A DNA stretch of 62,656 bases, the filler included. It is 4 parts of 4 records of this genome, joined end to end, with 100 filler letters (N's around TTAATTAATTAA, not from the genome) between each part and the next. Parts side by side here need not be neighbours in the genome. Positions count along the whole stretch, not along the records: positions 45,978 to 56,842 come from SRR22947727_2834; positions 56,943 to 62,656 come from SRR22947727_2910; 2 more parts are not named here. One strand, written 5' to 3'. Below, piece by piece: positions 50,206 through 61,275 of the stretch; position 1 is the stretch's first letter, and every line of letters starts with the position of its first letter. Under the pieces are notes generated by a model. That model worked only from the letters and a program-made list of their open reading frames with translations. It was not told the DNA's origin and ran no database searches. A program made the position numbers and the translations under genes.

Positions 50206-51807
50206 ATGAGTACGTCACCGCTTCCCCAGCGCGACGCGTTTCACGTCTACGACACGACCCTGCGCGATGGTGCCCAGCGCGAGGGCATCTCGTACTCGGT
50301 CGTCGACAAACTCGCGGTGGCGCGACTGCTCGATGACTACGGCGTTGGCTTCATCGAGGGCGGATGGCCCGGCGCCCTGCCCAAGGACACCGAATTCTTC
50401 GCACGGGCGCAGAGCGAACTGTCGTTGACGTATGCGCAGTTGGTCGCCTTCGGCGCAACCCGCAAGGCGGGGGTGGCAGTTGCCGAGGATCAGCAGGTGC
50501 GGGCCCTGCTGGACTCCGGTGCCCCGGTGATCACCCTTGTGGCGAAGTCCGACGTGTGGCACGTGGAGCAAGCCCTGAAAACCTCGCTTGATGAGAATGA
50601 GTCGATGATCCGAGACACCGTCGATTTCCTCATCGGTGAAGGTCGGCGGGTCTTCGTGGACATGGAGCATTTCTTCGACGGGTACAAGCACGACCCCGAC
50701 TACGGAGTGCGCCTGTTGGTCGCTGCCGCCGAATCCGGCGCAGATGTCGGGGTCTTGTGCGATACCAACGGCGGAATGCTGCCGCTGGGGATTGCCGAGA
50801 TCGTGGCGGATGTGGCTGCTCGATCCGGCGTTCGGTTGGGGATCCACTGCCAGGACGACACCGCCAGCGCGGTGGCCAACACGGTAACCGCCGTAGCCTC
50901 GGGGGTGACGCACGTGCAATGCACCGCGAACGGATATGGCGAACGCACCGGGAACGCGGATCTGTTCCCCGTCGTGGCGAACCTTCAGCTGAAGATGGGC
51001 ATTGAATGTCTGCCCGAAGGCAAATTGGCGGAAACCCGGCGCATCTCGCACGCGATCGCAGAAATAGCGAACATCGCCCCCGACACCCATCAGGCCTATG
51101 CCGGCGTCTCGTCGTTCGCCCACAAGGCCGGACTGCACGCGTCAGCGCTCAAGGTGAATCCGGAGCTCTACAACCACATCGACCCCGCCCTCGTCGGTGG
51201 AGATCAGCGAGTGCTGGTTACCGAAATGGCGGGTCGGGCCTCGGTGGAGATGAAGAGCAAGGAACTGGGCTACGACATCACCGGTGACGCCGAGCGGGTT
51301 ACCCACATCGTGGAAACGGTCAAGGATCTGGAGTCCAAGGGCTGGACCTTCGAAGCCGCCGACGCATCCTTTGAGTTGATTCTTATGGGCTCCGACGAGA
51401 GTCAATCTCGATTCGAGGTGGAGTCGTGGCGGACAATCGTTGAGCAGGATGCCTCCGGTGACGTGCGCACCGAGGCAACCGTGAAGGTCCGCGCCAACGG
51501 GGAACGCATGATCAGCACTGCCGAAGGCAATGGACCGGTGAACGCCCTGGACAAGGCGTTGCGCTCTGCCGTGACATCCCTGCATCCGGAACTCGAGCCA
51601 CTCGAGCTCATCGACTACAAGGTCCGCATCCTCGAGAAGAGCGACGCCGACACCTCCGGTACCGCGAGTGTGACCCGTGTTCTCGTGTCGACCTCCGACG
51701 GAAAGCGGGAGTGGACCACGCTCGGGGTGCACGAGAACGTCGTCGCGGCCTCGTGGCGGGCGCTCGAAGATGCGTTGACGTACGGCTTGATGCGCTCGCA
51801 GGCGTGA
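50206..51807 (+). CDS. cimA: Citramalate synthase
   Basis: YDTTLRDGAQREG, IEGGWPG, EHFFDG, LCDTNGG, NGYGERTGNA, FAHKAGLH, FEAADASFEL, EGNGPVNALD. Confidence 0.9.
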   Translation: MSTSPLPQRDAFHVYDTTLRDGAQREGISYSVVDKLAVARLLDDYGVGFIEGGWPGALPKDTEFFARAQSELSLTYAQLVAFGATRKAGVAVAEDQQVRALLDSGAPVITLVAKSDVWHVEQALKTSLDENESMIRDTVDFLIGEGRRVFVDMEHFFDGYKHDPDYGVRLLVAAAESGADVGVLCDTNGGMLPLGIAEIVADVAARSGVRLGIHCQDDTASAVANTVTAVASGVTHVQCTANGYGERTGNADLFPVVANLQLKMGIECLPEGKLAETRRISHAIAEIANIAPDTHQAYAGVSSFAHKAGLHASALKVNPELYNHIDPALVGGDQRVLVTEMAGRASVEMKSKELGYDITGDAERVTHIVETVKDLESKGWTFEAADASFELILMGSDESQSRFEVESWRTIVEQDASGDVRTEATVKVRANGERMISTAEGNGPVNALDKALRSAVTSLHPELEPLELIDYKVRILEKSDADTSGTASVTRVLVSTSDGKREWTTLGVHENVVAASWRALEDALTYGLMRSQA

Positions 51808-51833
51808 GGTTCGTTCGTCATTAGGGTGGGGCG

Positions 51834-52628
51834 GTGCTGATCTGCCGTTTCGCCGTCGGCGAGGACATCTGGTTCGGAGCTGTCGACGGTCTCGACGATG
51901 ACGATCAGGTGACGGACGAGTCAATCGTTGCGCCCATCGAGGGCCACCCCTTCGTGGATATCCGCCCCGAGGGAAGCGTGATGAAACTGGCGGACGTTCG
52001 ACTCTTGGCACCGGTAATCCCATCCAAGATCGTCTGCGTCGGGAAGAACTACGGTGAACACGCTGCCGAGATGGAAAGCCAAGTCCCCGATCAGCCGCTG
52101 TTGTTTCTGAAGCCGAGCACCGCGGTGATCGGATCGGGAGACCCGATCGACCTGCCGTGGCAATCCGAACGGGTGGAGCACGAAGGGGAGTTGGCCATCG
52201 TCATCGGCCGAATGTGCAAGGACATTCCCGTTGATCGGGTCGACGAGGTTGTTTTCGGATACACGTGCGCCAATGACGTGACCGCGCGAGATGTGCAGAA
52301 GTCCGATGGACAGTGGGCTCGGGCTAAAGGATTCGACACCTTCTGCCCGCTGGGCCCATGGATTCAAACCGAACTCTCTCCCGTTGATGCGGACATCACG
52401 GTGCGTGTGAATGGGGAGCAGCGTCAACATGGGGGCATCGACGCGATGGTGCATGACGTACCGGCAGTGGTGTCCTACGTAAGTTCGTGCATGACGCTGC
52501 TTCCAGGTGACGTCATCTTGACGGGAACACCCGAAGGCGTCGGCCCGCTCGCCGATGGAGACTCCGTCAGTGTCGGTATCTCGGGTATCGGAACGTTGAC
52601 GAACCCAGTGAGGAGTGCTGCCCCGTGA
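51834..52628 (+). CDS. Fumarylacetoacetate hydrolase family protein
   Basis: KIVCVGKNY, FLKP, EHEGEL, NDVTARD, AKGFDTFCPLGP, GDVILTGTP. Confidence 0.92.
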   Translation: MLICRFAVGEDIWFGAVDGLDDDDQVTDESIVAPIEGHPFVDIRPEGSVMKLADVRLLAPVIPSKIVCVGKNYGEHAAEMESQVPDQPLLFLKPSTAVIGSGDPIDLPWQSERVEHEGELAIVIGRMCKDIPVDRVDEVVFGYTCANDVTARDVQKSDGQWARAKGFDTFCPLGPWIQTELSPVDADITVRVNGEQRQHGGIDAMVHDVPAVVSYVSSCMTLLPGDVILTGTPEGVGPLADGDSVSVGISGIGTLTNPVRSAAP

Positions 52629-54094
52629 GTGATGTTCGTGTTCGCTTCTGCCCATCGCCCACGGGCAATCCACATGTGGGTTTGATCCGAACCGCCCTGT
52701 TCAACTGGGCGTTCGCAAGACACACCCAAGGAACCTTCGTCTTTCGCATCGAGGACACGGACGCATCGCGAGACAGCGAGGAGTCCTACCGAGCACTCGT
52801 CGATTCGCTGCAGTGGCTCGGACTCGATTGGGATGAAGGACCGGAAGTGGGAGGTCCCTTCGGCCCCTACCGACAATCCGAGCGACGGGCGGACTACGAC
52901 GCGATGGTGGACGCCCTCGTTGCGGGTGGACACGCGTACGAATGCTTCTGCTCCACCGAAGAGCTGGACGCACGACGCCAGCAGGCGATGGCTGAGAAGC
53001 GCGCCCCTGGCTACGACGGGCACTGTCGAGACCTAAGCGATCAGGCCCGGTCTGCCTATCGCGCCGAAGATCGTGCCCCGGTGGTGCGGTTTCGCATGCC
53101 CGATCGGGACTGCACGTGGAATGACCTCATTCGCGGTGAGATCACGTTCGCAGCCGGGCAGATCCCTGACTATGTTCTTCAGCGTGCCAATGGGGAGCCG
53201 CTCTACACGCTGGTGAACCCCACCGATGATGCCGCCATGAAGATCACGCATGTGCTGCGCGGCGAAGATCTGTTGTCATCGACTCCCCGACAAATCGCCC
53301 TGTACGAAGCCATGATCGACCTCGGGGTGTTCGACGGCCCGGTGCCGCAGTTCGGCCACCTGCCCTATGTGATGGGCGAGGGCAACAAGAAGCTATCCAA
53401 GCGCGACCCGGAGTCGTCGTTGCAGATGTATCGCGACCGGGGATACCTGCCCGAGGCGTTGACCAACTACCTCGCGCTGTTGGGGTGGTCTCCGGGGGGC
53501 GATGTCGAGTTCTTCAGCAAAGAGCAGATGGCTCAGTCCTTCTTGCTCGAGCGCGTCAATCCCAATCCGGCACGCTTCGATGTGAAGAAGTGCACGGCCA
53601 TCAACGGCGATTGGATTCGGCACCTGGCCATCGACGACCTCGTCGAGCGCCTGGTGCCCTACCTGCAGCGCGATGGAGTCATCGGTTCAACACCGTCCGC
53701 TGAGGACATGAATCTGGTCCGCGCCGTGGTGCCACTGATCTCGGAACGATTGGAAACCCTCGGGCAGGCCAGCGCCATGGTGGGCTTCCTCTTCACAGAC
53801 GACATCGCTATCGATGCCGGCGATGCCGAGAAGATCATGGGAGACCAGGCCGATGACGTTCTCCGGGAGGCCGAGGCGGCCCTGGCTGGACTCGATGAGT
53901 GGACCACGGAGGCGATCGAGCGTGCCTTGCGGGTAACGCTGATCGAGGAACGTGGATTGAAGCCGAAGGTGGCGTTCGGGCCAGTCCGCCTGGCTATCAC
54001 CGGACGTCGCGTGTCGCCGCCACTATTCGAATCGATGGAATTGCTGGGCGCCGATCGCTCGCTCTCCCGGATTCGGTCGCTCCACGCGTCATGA
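52625..54094 (+). CDS. gltX: Glutamate-tRNA ligase
   Basis: RFCPSPTGNPHVG, RIEDTD, PYRQSER, ITHVLRGEDL, KKLSKR. Confidence 0.96.
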   Translation: MSDVRVRFCPSPTGNPHVGLIRTALFNWAFARHTQGTFVFRIEDTDASRDSEESYRALVDSLQWLGLDWDEGPEVGGPFGPYRQSERRADYDAMVDALVAGGHAYECFCSTEELDARRQQAMAEKRAPGYDGHCRDLSDQARSAYRAEDRAPVVRFRMPDRDCTWNDLIRGEITFAAGQIPDYVLQRANGEPLYTLVNPTDDAAMKITHVLRGEDLLSSTPRQIALYEAMIDLGVFDGPVPQFGHLPYVMGEGNKKLSKRDPESSLQMYRDRGYLPEALTNYLALLGWSPGGDVEFFSKEQMAQSFLLERVNPNPARFDVKKCTAINGDWIRHLAIDDLVERLVPYLQRDGVIGSTPSAEDMNLVRAVVPLISERLETLGQASAMVGFLFTDDIAIDAGDAEKIMGDQADDVLREAEAALAGLDEWTTEAIERALRVTLIEERGLKPKVAFGPVRLAITGRRVSPPLFESMELLGADRSLSRIRSLHAS

Positions 54095-54113
54095 TTACAC
54101 TAATGCGGTCTCG

Positions 54114-54185
54114 TGGGGTATGGGGTAATTGGCAGCCCGACTGGTTCTGGCCCAGTTAGTCTAGGTTCGAGTCCTGGTACCCCAG
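54114..54185 (+). tRNA. tRNA-Gln(CTG)
   Basis: Acceptor TGGGGTA/TACCCCA, anticodon arm ACTGG-TTCTGGC-CCAGT, T-loop GGTTCGAGTCC. Confidence 0.95.
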
Positions 54186-54206
54186 CGATGAGCGTTTGCT
54201 CGGCAC

Positions 54207-54279
54207 GGCCCCGTTGTGTAGCGGCCTAGCACGCCGCCCTCTCAAGGCGGTAGCGCGGGTTCGAATCCCGTCGGGGCTA
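54207..54279 (+). tRNA. tRNA-Glu(CTC)
   Basis: Acceptor GGCCCCG/CGGGGCT, anticodon arm CCGCC-CTCTCAA-GGCGG, GGTTCGAATCC. Confidence 0.95.
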
Positions 54280-54280
54280 C

Positions 54281-54314
54281 AAGGGCCCTCCCGCAGGGGA
54301 GGGCCCTTTTGTTT
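54281..54314 (+). terminator. Rho-independent terminator after tRNAs
   Basis: AAGGGCCCTCCC-GCAG-GGGAGGGCCCTT + TTGTTT. Confidence 0.87.
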
Positions 54315-54383
54315 CCTCCGTAGACTGCTGCCTCCAGGAGGTTGCGTTCCGAAGTTGACGCACGAGGTGACATGGAGGAATCA

Positions 54384-55784
54384 GTGGGTCGCACTCTGGC
54401 CGAGAAGGTGTGGCACAACCACGTCGTCAGGTCTGCCGAAGGTGAACCGGATCTGCTGTACATCGATCTGCATCTGGTGCACGAGGTGACCAGCCCTCAA
54501 GCCTTCGACGGTCTTCGAGGTGCCGACCGACCGGTGCGTCGTCCGGATCTCACGGTGGCCACGGAAGATCACAACATTCCGACCATCGATGTGGACAAGC
54601 CGATCGCCGATCCGGTGTCGCGAGCGCAAGTCGAAGCGCTGCGAACGAACTGCGCAGAGTTCGGTGTCCCGTTGTATTCGCTCGGGAACGTCGAGCAGGG
54701 CATTGTGCACGTCGTTGGTCCTCAGATGGGGTTGACGCAACCGGGCATGACGATCGTGTGCGGGGATTCCCACACCAGCACGCATGGAGCCTTCGGTGCC
54801 CTGGCATTCGGCATTGGAACCAGCGAGGTTGAGCACGTTCTCGCGACTCAGACCCTGCCGCTGAAGCCTTTCAAGACGATGGCGATCAACGTGGAGGGCG
54901 ACCTGCCCGAGGGGGTGTCGGCAAAGGACATCATCTTGGCTGTGATTGCGAAGATCGGGACCGGCGGCGGGCAGGGTTACGTTCTGGAGTATCGCGGTTC
55001 GGCGATTCGCGGCTTGTCGATGGAAGGACGCATGACGGTCTGCAATATGTCGATCGAAGCAGGTGCGCGGGCCGGCATGATCGCCCCGGATCACACAACA
55101 TTCGATTACGTCCAAGGCCGTGAGAAGGCGCCCAACGGACAGGAGTGGGACGACGCGGTCGCGTACTGGAAGACCCTCTTCACCGACGACGATGCCGAGT
55201 TCGATGCAGTCGTCGATATTGACGCATCCACACTCACGCCCTTCGTCACGTGGGGCACCAACCCGGGGCAGGGTCTTCCGCTGTCGGCGTCGGTGCCGTC
55301 GCCGGATGACGCCACCGATGATGTCGATCGGGTGGCGATCGAACGCGCCCTGGAGTACATGGATCTCACCCCGGGCACACCGCTGCGGGACGTCGCCGTC
55401 GACACGGTGTTCATCGGGTCGTGTACCAACGGTCGCATCGAGGATCTGCGGGTTGCCGCGGACATCCTTCAAGGCCGTAAGGTCAAAGAGGGAATGCGCC
55501 TGATGGTTGTGCCGGGCTCAGCTCGGGTTCGTCTGCAGGCGGAATCTGAGGGCTTGGACCAGGTGTTCTTGGAGGCCGGTGGTGAATGGCGCGGAGCCGG
55601 GTGCTCAATGTGCCTGGGAATGAACCCAGACAAGCTCACGCCCGGCGAGCGAAGCGCGTCTACGTCCAACAGAAACTTCGAGGGACGACAGGGCCCCGGA
55701 GGGCGCACACACCTGGTTTCTCCGGCGGTTGCCGCGTCGACCGCAGTGACCGGGCACCTGTCGTCACCGGCGGATCTGGCGTAG
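54384..55784 (+). CDS. leuC: 3-isopropylmalate dehydratase large subunit
   Basis: [62 protein letters not shown] before GTG. Confidence 0.96.
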   Translation: MGRTLAEKVWHNHVVRSAEGEPDLLYIDLHLVHEVTSPQAFDGLRGADRPVRRPDLTVATEDHNIPTIDVDKPIADPVSRAQVEALRTNCAEFGVPLYSLGNVEQGIVHVVGPQMGLTQPGMTIVCGDSHTSTHGAFGALAFGIGTSEVEHVLATQTLPLKPFKTMAINVEGDLPEGVSAKDIILAVIAKIGTGGGQGYVLEYRGSAIRGLSMEGRMTVCNMSIEAGARAGMIAPDHTTFDYVQGREKAPNGQEWDDAVAYWKTLFTDDDAEFDAVVDIDASTLTPFVTWGTNPGQGLPLSASVPSPDDATDDVDRVAIERALEYMDLTPGTPLRDVAVDTVFIGSCTNGRIEDLRVAADILQGRKVKEGMRLMVVPGSARVRLQAESEGLDQVFLEAGGEWRGAGCSMCLGMNPDKLTPGERSASTSNRNFEGRQGPGGRTHLVSPAVAASTAVTGHLSSPADLA

Positions 55785-55798
55785 GCGAGGAGCGCATC

Positions 55799-56386
55799 AT
55801 GGAACCCTTCATTCGGCATACCGGAACGGCCGCACCCTTGCGCCGGAGCAATGTCGATACCGATCAGATCATCCCGGCGGAGTACCTCAAACGCATTACC
55901 CGTGATGGATTCGAGGACGGTCTCTTCTCCGCGTGGCGCAAGGACCCCGACTTTGTCTTGAATCGACCCGAATATCAGGGGGTCAGCATCCTGGTTGCCG
56001 GTCCCGACTTCGGTACCGGCTCCTCCCGGGAACACGCGGTGTGGGCCCTGCAGAACTACGGATTCTGTGTTGTCTTGTCCTCTCGCTTCGCCGACATCTT
56101 CCGAGGAAACTCAGGCAAGGGCGGACTCTTGACCGCCCAGGTGGCCCAGAGCGTGATCGAGGAATTATGGACTCTTATCGAAGCGGATCCTTCCCTTCAG
56201 GTCACGGTCGATCTTGACGCGCGGACGGTCCGCGCCGGTGATCTGACGGCGGACTTTGAGGTCGATGACTACGTTCGGTGGCGTCTGCTGGAAGGGCTGG
56301 ACGATATCGGCATCACGCTGCAGCACTCCGATGCCATCTCTGAGTTCGAGGAGCGCCGCCCGAGTTTCGCACCTCTTACTCAATAG
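55799..56386 (+). CDS. leuD: 3-isopropylmalate dehydratase small subunit
   Basis: [40 protein letters not shown]. Confidence 0.95.
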   Translation: MEPFIRHTGTAAPLRRSNVDTDQIIPAEYLKRITRDGFEDGLFSAWRKDPDFVLNRPEYQGVSILVAGPDFGTGSSREHAVWALQNYGFCVVLSSRFADIFRGNSGKGGLLTAQVAQSVIEELWTLIEADPSLQVTVDLDARTVRAGDLTADFEVDDYVRWRLLEGLDDIGITLQHSDAISEFEERRPSFAPLTQ

Positions 56387-56521
56387 CTGCGTGTGACGAA
56401 GATCCTGTGCCGCGCTGCGGAGCTGAACGGCGCGGCGACGGCCTGCAGGCTCTGAAGACGCTTACGTTCACTCCGGTGGCCAACCGGTCACATCCCAGCG
56501 CCCTTTGGAGGGGTACCACTC

Positions 56522-56842
56522 GTGAACAAGGCAGATTTGATCGACAACGTGGCAGAGCGTCTCGGCCATAGCAAAAAGGACGTCACCGACATTGTGGATG
56601 CGTTTCTACTCGAGACGAAGAAGGCCGTTGCGAAGGGCGACAAGGTGGCCGTGGCCGGCTTCGGAGTATTCGAGTCCACAGCACGCAAGGCTCGTATGGG
56701 CCGCAATCCGCGTACCGGCGAGGCCGTGAAGATCAAGGCCACGAAGCTGCCGAAGTTCCGTCCGGGTGCAGAGTTCAAGGGCGTCGTTTCCGGCGCCAAG
56801 AAGCTTGTGGAACCGGCCGCGAAGAAGACAACCGCGAAGAAG
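56522..56842 (+). CDS. hup: HU DNA-binding protein with Lys/Ala-rich tail, 3'-truncated
   Basis: MNKADLI, GFGVF, RKARMGRNPRTGE, PKFRPG, PAAKKTTAKK. Confidence 0.93.
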
Positions 56843-56942
56843 NNNNNNNNNNNNNNNNNNNNNNNNNNNNNNNNNNNNNNNNNNNNTTAATTAATTAANN
56901 NNNNNNNNNNNNNNNNNNNNNNNNNNNNNNNNNNNNNNNNNN
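56843..56942. other. Artificial contig spacer
   Basis: N-run + TTAATTAATTAA + N-run. Confidence 0.98.
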
Positions 56943-57008
56943 AATATAATCCCAAATAGCAGGTGGAATAATTTTTTTTAAGAATGACTTAATAGATTTT
57001 TTAATCAT
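56943..57008 (-). CDS. N-terminus of an unidentified polysaccharide-cluster protein
   Basis: MIKKSIKSFLKKIIPPAIWDYI runs off contig end; starts 11 nt after upstream stop. Confidence 0.5.
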
Positions 57009-57019
57009 GTTGAATTAAT

Positions 57020-57793
57020 TTAAATTAATTCCTTTAAAATTAAATCAGCTTCTTTAGCATTTGGGACTTTGTGGTGCCAAATTGGATTATTTGACATTTT
57101 TTTACTTGGATATCCTTTAATTGTTTTACACAAAATAATTCTAATATTACCTCCAATTAAAAGTGTTTTTTGAATTTCTTTTAAATCATGACCATCACAA
57201 GAAGTAACTGTAATTTTTTCAAATAGCTTATCTAAATTATTTAGAGTTTTTAAAATAGGTATAGCTCTTTCGGATGATCCATTACAATCAATAAGAACTT
57301 TTAGCTTTGAATAATTAAACTTTTGCGACAGTAATAAAGTTTCCCAAAAAGTACCTTCATTTGCCTCCCCATCTCCAACAACACAATAAGTCCAATCATC
57401 AATATTCAATAATGCATTTGCTGTTGATAGACCAAGAGCAAAGGGCATACCATGACCTAAAGAACCGCTACCAAATGAAAATCTTTTGTCTTTTGGAATA
57501 AAAGGAAGGTGTCCATAAAATTTACTACTCTTCTTACCTACTTCAATAATTTCTTCATCACTCATTAAATCTAAGTGATTTAAAAAAGCATAATAAGCAT
57601 AACTTGCATGCCCTTTGGATAAAATTAGGTTATTTTCTTTGAACCTACCATTGTTTAATTTCATATCTTTAAATACTGCAATAAGCATTTCTACAATTGA
57701 GAAGCTACTTGCTATATGCCCTTCACCACTACTTAAGACCATGTCAAGTATTATTTTTCTTATTGAATTAGGGTTAATTATTTTTTCTTCCAA
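57020..57793 (-). CDS. Transketolase N-terminal (TPP-binding) subunit-like protein
   Basis: GHIASSFS, ILSKGHA, GSLGHG, GDGEANEG.FWE, CDGHD, TIKG, WHHK. Confidence 0.87.
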   Translation of the reverse strand: MEEKIINPNSIRKIILDMVLSSGEGHIASSFSIVEMLIAVFKDMKLNNGRFKENNLILSKGHASYAYYAFLNHLDLMSDEEIIEVGKKSSKFYGHLPFIPKDKRFSFGSGSLGHGMPFALGLSTANALLNIDDWTYCVVGDGEANEGTFWETLLLSQKFNYSKLKVLIDCNGSSERAIPILKTLNNLDKLFEKITVTSCDGHDLKEIQKTLLIGGNIRIILCKTIKGYPSKKMSNNPIWHHKVPNAKEADLILKELI

Positions 57794-58677
57794 CTTAAAA
57801 CCTGATATCCGTTAATATATTTTGATCCTATACCATAATCTTTGGCAGTAAGGATATTTATATTAGAAACATTTGACATGAATTCATAGAAGCCATTCAA
57901 ATAGCCTCTAGTTTTTGCATACTCAAAGGATTGCTGGTTAATACCATACTCTAAATTTATTAACTCTTTAATTGGCTCAATATGTATTCCACCTATACAC
58001 TTACCATTATCAATTAAGTAGTTCATAAAATTATGATAGTAGTCTCCCGATTGCTCAAGAGAAGCATTTGTAAAAGCTATATAGCTGTCATCTGGGCTAA
58101 AGTAAGTAGAAGGATCAAAATAATCGGTTCTATAAACTTTATTCTCATTTAAAATTTTATTATCAACTAATTTTTTACAAGCGCTAACAGCCCAGTCTGT
58201 TCCAAAGAAATCCAAAGAGTTGATTTTATTTCTAAGAAATTGAATATTAGATCCTGTTCCGCAACCATATTCGCAGATAGTTTTAATTTTACTATCTATC
58301 TCAAGAAAATATTTTTTAAATACAACTAATTGTAGTGCGCGAAGCATATCAACTTCTGCAAAACCATTATTATCTTTATAAACTTTATGCCCTATCCTGA
58401 CATGCGTATTATTCTTAAAATAGTAAGGTAAATTATTATAATTATCCTCTGAATAATACACACCTGCGCCTGACCAACCATTCTCCCAATCGGACAACCT
58501 ATGACTTCCAGCTACCTTAACATTTTTTGTTTCACTTTTACATTCTTGAATAAAGGCTTTTAAATCAGAAATTTCTTCTAAATTTAATAATAAATCCTGT
58601 ATTTTTTTATCAATGAGATCTAATTCATTAAATTCAAAGATGCCCTTTAGAGCCTCATTTAAGCTAATGTCACTCAT
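57778..58677 (-). CDS. Class I SAM-dependent methyltransferase-like protein
   Basis: CEYGCGTGSN, GTDWA, SLEQ, HIEP. Confidence 0.7.
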   Translation of the reverse strand: MSDISLNEALKGIFEFNELDLIDKKIQDLLLNLEEISDLKAFIQECKSETKNVKVAGSHRLSDWENGWSGAGVYYSEDNYNNLPYYFKNNTHVRIGHKVYKDNNGFAEVDMLRALQLVVFKKYFLEIDSKIKTICEYGCGTGSNIQFLRNKINSLDFFGTDWAVSACKKLVDNKILNENKVYRTDYFDPSTYFSPDDSYIAFTNASLEQSGDYYHNFMNYLIDNGKCIGGIHIEPIKELINLEYGINQQSFEYAKTRGYLNGFYEFMSNVSNINILTAKDYGIGSKYINGYQVLSWKKK

Positions 58678-58682
58678 TTTTA

Positions 58683-59747
58683 CTAATTATCTTTATCAAA
58701 TTCACTTAAAGTAATTTCTTTTTTAACCTGGAGTAAATCAGATCGAACCATTTCTGAAACTAGCTCTTTAAAGGTAATTTTTGGCTTCCACCCAAGAGCA
58801 TTTTTAGCTTTAGTTGAGTCTCCCAATAAAGTTTCTACTTCTGTTGGTCTAAAATAGCACGGATCTATTTTTATGATCTGAACACCTTTATAAACACCTA
58901 CTTCTTCTAAACCATTACCTTGCCATTCAATATTAATACCAAGCTCTTTTGAGGCAATTGTGATAAAATCACGAACTGAATACTGTTTGCCTGTAGCAAT
59001 CACAAAGTCCTCAGGTTTTTCTTGTTGTAGCATAAGCCATTGCATTTCAACATAGTCTTTGGCATGACCCCAATCTCTTTTTGCATCTAAATTGCCAAGA
59101 TATAAGCAATCTTGAATACCTAAATATATCCGACTTAATCCTAAAGTAATTTTTCTCGTAACAAATGTTTCTCCACGAACTGGCGATTCGTGATTAAACA
59201 AAATACCATTACAAGCATATATTCCATATGCTTCACGGTAATTAACTGTGATCCAATAAGAGTAAAGTTTTGCAACTGCATAAGGACTTCTTGGATAAAA
59301 TGGTGTACTTTCTTTTTGAGGAGTTTCAAGAACCTGACCGAATAATTCTGAAGATGCAGCCTGATAAAATTTAGTCTTAGCTTCTAATCTTAATATACGA
59401 ATAGCTTCTAAGATACGTAAGGTCCCTAATGCGTCTGTATTGGCTGTATACTCCGGCACCTCAAAAGAAACTGCCACATGGCTTTGTGCTGCTAAGTTGT
59501 AAATTTCATCTGGTTGAACTTCTTGAATAATTCTTATGAGATTACTGGTATCAGTTAAATCCCCGAAGTGAAGTATAAACTTACGATTAACTATTTGAGG
59601 TTCTTGATATAAATGGTCGATTCGATCAGTATTAATCAGAGATGATCTTCTTTTAATACCATGAACCTCATATCCTTTTTCTAAAAGTAATTCCCCTAAG
59701 TAAGATCCATCTTGTCCCGTAATTCCTGTAATTAATGCTTTTTTCAT
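58683..59747 (-). CDS. gmd: GDP-mannose 4,6-dehydratase
   Basis: [56 protein letters not shown]. Confidence 0.96.
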   Translation of the reverse strand: MKKALITGITGQDGSYLGELLLEKGYEVHGIKRRSSLINTDRIDHLYQEPQIVNRKFILHFGDLTDTSNLIRIIQEVQPDEIYNLAAQSHVAVSFEVPEYTANTDALGTLRILEAIRILRLEAKTKFYQAASSELFGQVLETPQKESTPFYPRSPYAVAKLYSYWITVNYREAYGIYACNGILFNHESPVRGETFVTRKITLGLSRIYLGIQDCLYLGNLDAKRDWGHAKDYVEMQWLMLQQEKPEDFVIATGKQYSVRDFITIASKELGINIEWQGNGLEEVGVYKGVQIIKIDPCYFRPTEVETLLGDSTKAKNALGWKPKITFKELVSEMVRSDLLQVKKEITLSEFDKDN

Positions 59748-59772
59748 TTATAAAGTCCTAACTTCAATATTA

Positions 59773-60573
59773 TCATACACCCCAACCCCCATCAACACGG
59801 AGTACTTGTCCAGTTACATATGCGGACATATCGCTAGCTAAAAAAGCTATAGCACCCCTAAAATCATCTTCTTTTGCCATTCTTTTTAGAGGGATTTTTT
59901 TTTCATAACGTGTTACGAAACTTTTAGGTTGGTCTCTTAAAATACCCCCAGGTGAAATAGCATTAACTCTTACATCTGGAGCTATTGTATTAGCTAGCCA
60001 ACGAGTTAATTGTATCAAACCTCCTTTACTAGAAGCATATGCAGCAGGATTACCCATGTCAGTGCCCTCATAAAGATTCCAATCAGGTCCAAACTCACCA
60101 TATATTGAGGCAATATTAATAATATTTCCACCCTCTGCTTTCTTAAGATCATGAGAAAAAGCTTGTGATAAGTGAAAAATGGCTGTCAAATTGACTTCTA
60201 TAGCTCGCCTCCATGTATCTAAATTTTGTTCTTCAAATGAAGTAACCCAACCTGTTAAATTAGAATTTCCAACAAAAGCTGCATTATTTATGAGACAGTT
60301 TAAACCTTGGTCTTCTTGCTTCACCTTATCAATTAAAAAATCACGTTCTTTTTCATTCTCAAGATCACATGACACTGACAAAAGATTTATATTTTTGAAA
60401 ATGGATAATTTTTTTTCTAATTCAATTAGGTCAGAGTCTTTCTTGTCCACTAAAATAAGACTAGCTCCGAGTTCTGCTAGAGTCTCTGCGATTATTGAGC
60501 CGAGTGCTCCTGCAGCACCTGTGATTAGAACCCGACGTTTATTCATACTAATTAACTGCTCAAATTTTTTCAT
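59773..60573 (-). CDS. SDR oxidoreductase, PtmA-like
   Basis: TGAAGALG, INNA, IASIYG, AYASSKGG, RVNAISPGGI, YVTGQ..VDGG. Confidence 0.82.
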   Translation of the reverse strand: MKKFEQLISMNKRRVLITGAAGALGSIIAETLAELGASLILVDKKDSDLIELEKKLSIFKNINLLSVSCDLENEKERDFLIDKVKQEDQGLNCLINNAAFVGNSNLTGWVTSFEEQNLDTWRRAIEVNLTAIFHLSQAFSHDLKKAEGGNIINIASIYGEFGPDWNLYEGTDMGNPAAYASSKGGLIQLTRWLANTIAPDVRVNAISPGGILRDQPKSFVTRYEKKIPLKRMAKEDDFRGAIAFLASDMSAYVTGQVLRVDGGWGV

Positions 60574-61274
60574 TATTTAAAAATTCTCCTAGACATTAAG
60601 TATTCTGCAATTTCAAAGTCATACAAAGTATCTATATCAATAGCTCTTTCTATAGGCACTTCGACTGCTTTTACACGACCACTAAATAATGAGTCCTTTG
60701 TTAATACAAAGTGTGGGTTTAAAACATAAGCAACGGTTGTCATATCATACACTTTTCTGGCATCCTGCCTACGGAATAAGATTTTTTCATCTTTATTAAC
60801 TAGTTCGGCAATATTTTTAGAGGATATTTTTACCATATTAAACCATGGATTACGGTTAGCCTCAGTAATAGTAATCACAGCGTCAACTTGATCATTAGAG
60901 AACATCTCTAAGCAATTAGTAAGATCTTCAGATTGTCTCAAAGGAGATGTGGTTGGTACAGATAACATAATATCAGGTAGTTTACCTTCAGTATCTTTTA
61001 AATAATTTAGGGCATGTCTCCAAGAAAGCCATTCAGGACTATCATCCTGAGCCAAGTTGGAAGGACGAATAAAAGGAACCTCGGCCCCAAATTTTCTACT
61101 AATAATAGCTATTTCTTCTGAGTCGGTAGAAACGATCACTCTTTTGATCGAGGATACTGATTTAGCTTGTTCAATTGACCAACCAATGAGAGGTTTTCCA
61201 TTGAGTGGTCGTATATTTTTTTTTATTAATCCTTTAGAGCCTCCTCTTGCAAATATAAATGCTATTATTTCCAT
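60573..61274 (-). CDS. Acylneuraminate (nonulosonate) cytidylyltransferase
   Basis: FARGGSKG..KKNI, VSTDS, VPFIRP.NLAQD, TSPLR, IDIDT. Confidence 0.9.
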   Translation of the reverse strand: MEIIAFIFARGGSKGLIKKNIRPLNGKPLIGWSIEQAKSVSSIKRVIVSTDSEEIAIISRKFGAEVPFIRPSNLAQDDSPEWLSWRHALNYLKDTEGKLPDIMLSVPTTSPLRQSEDLTNCLEMFSNDQVDAVITITEANRNPWFNMVKISSKNIAELVNKDEKILFRRQDARKVYDMTTVAYVLNPHFVLTKDSLFSGRVKAVEVPIERAIDIDTLYDFEIAEYLMSRRIFK

Positions 61275-61275
61275 T

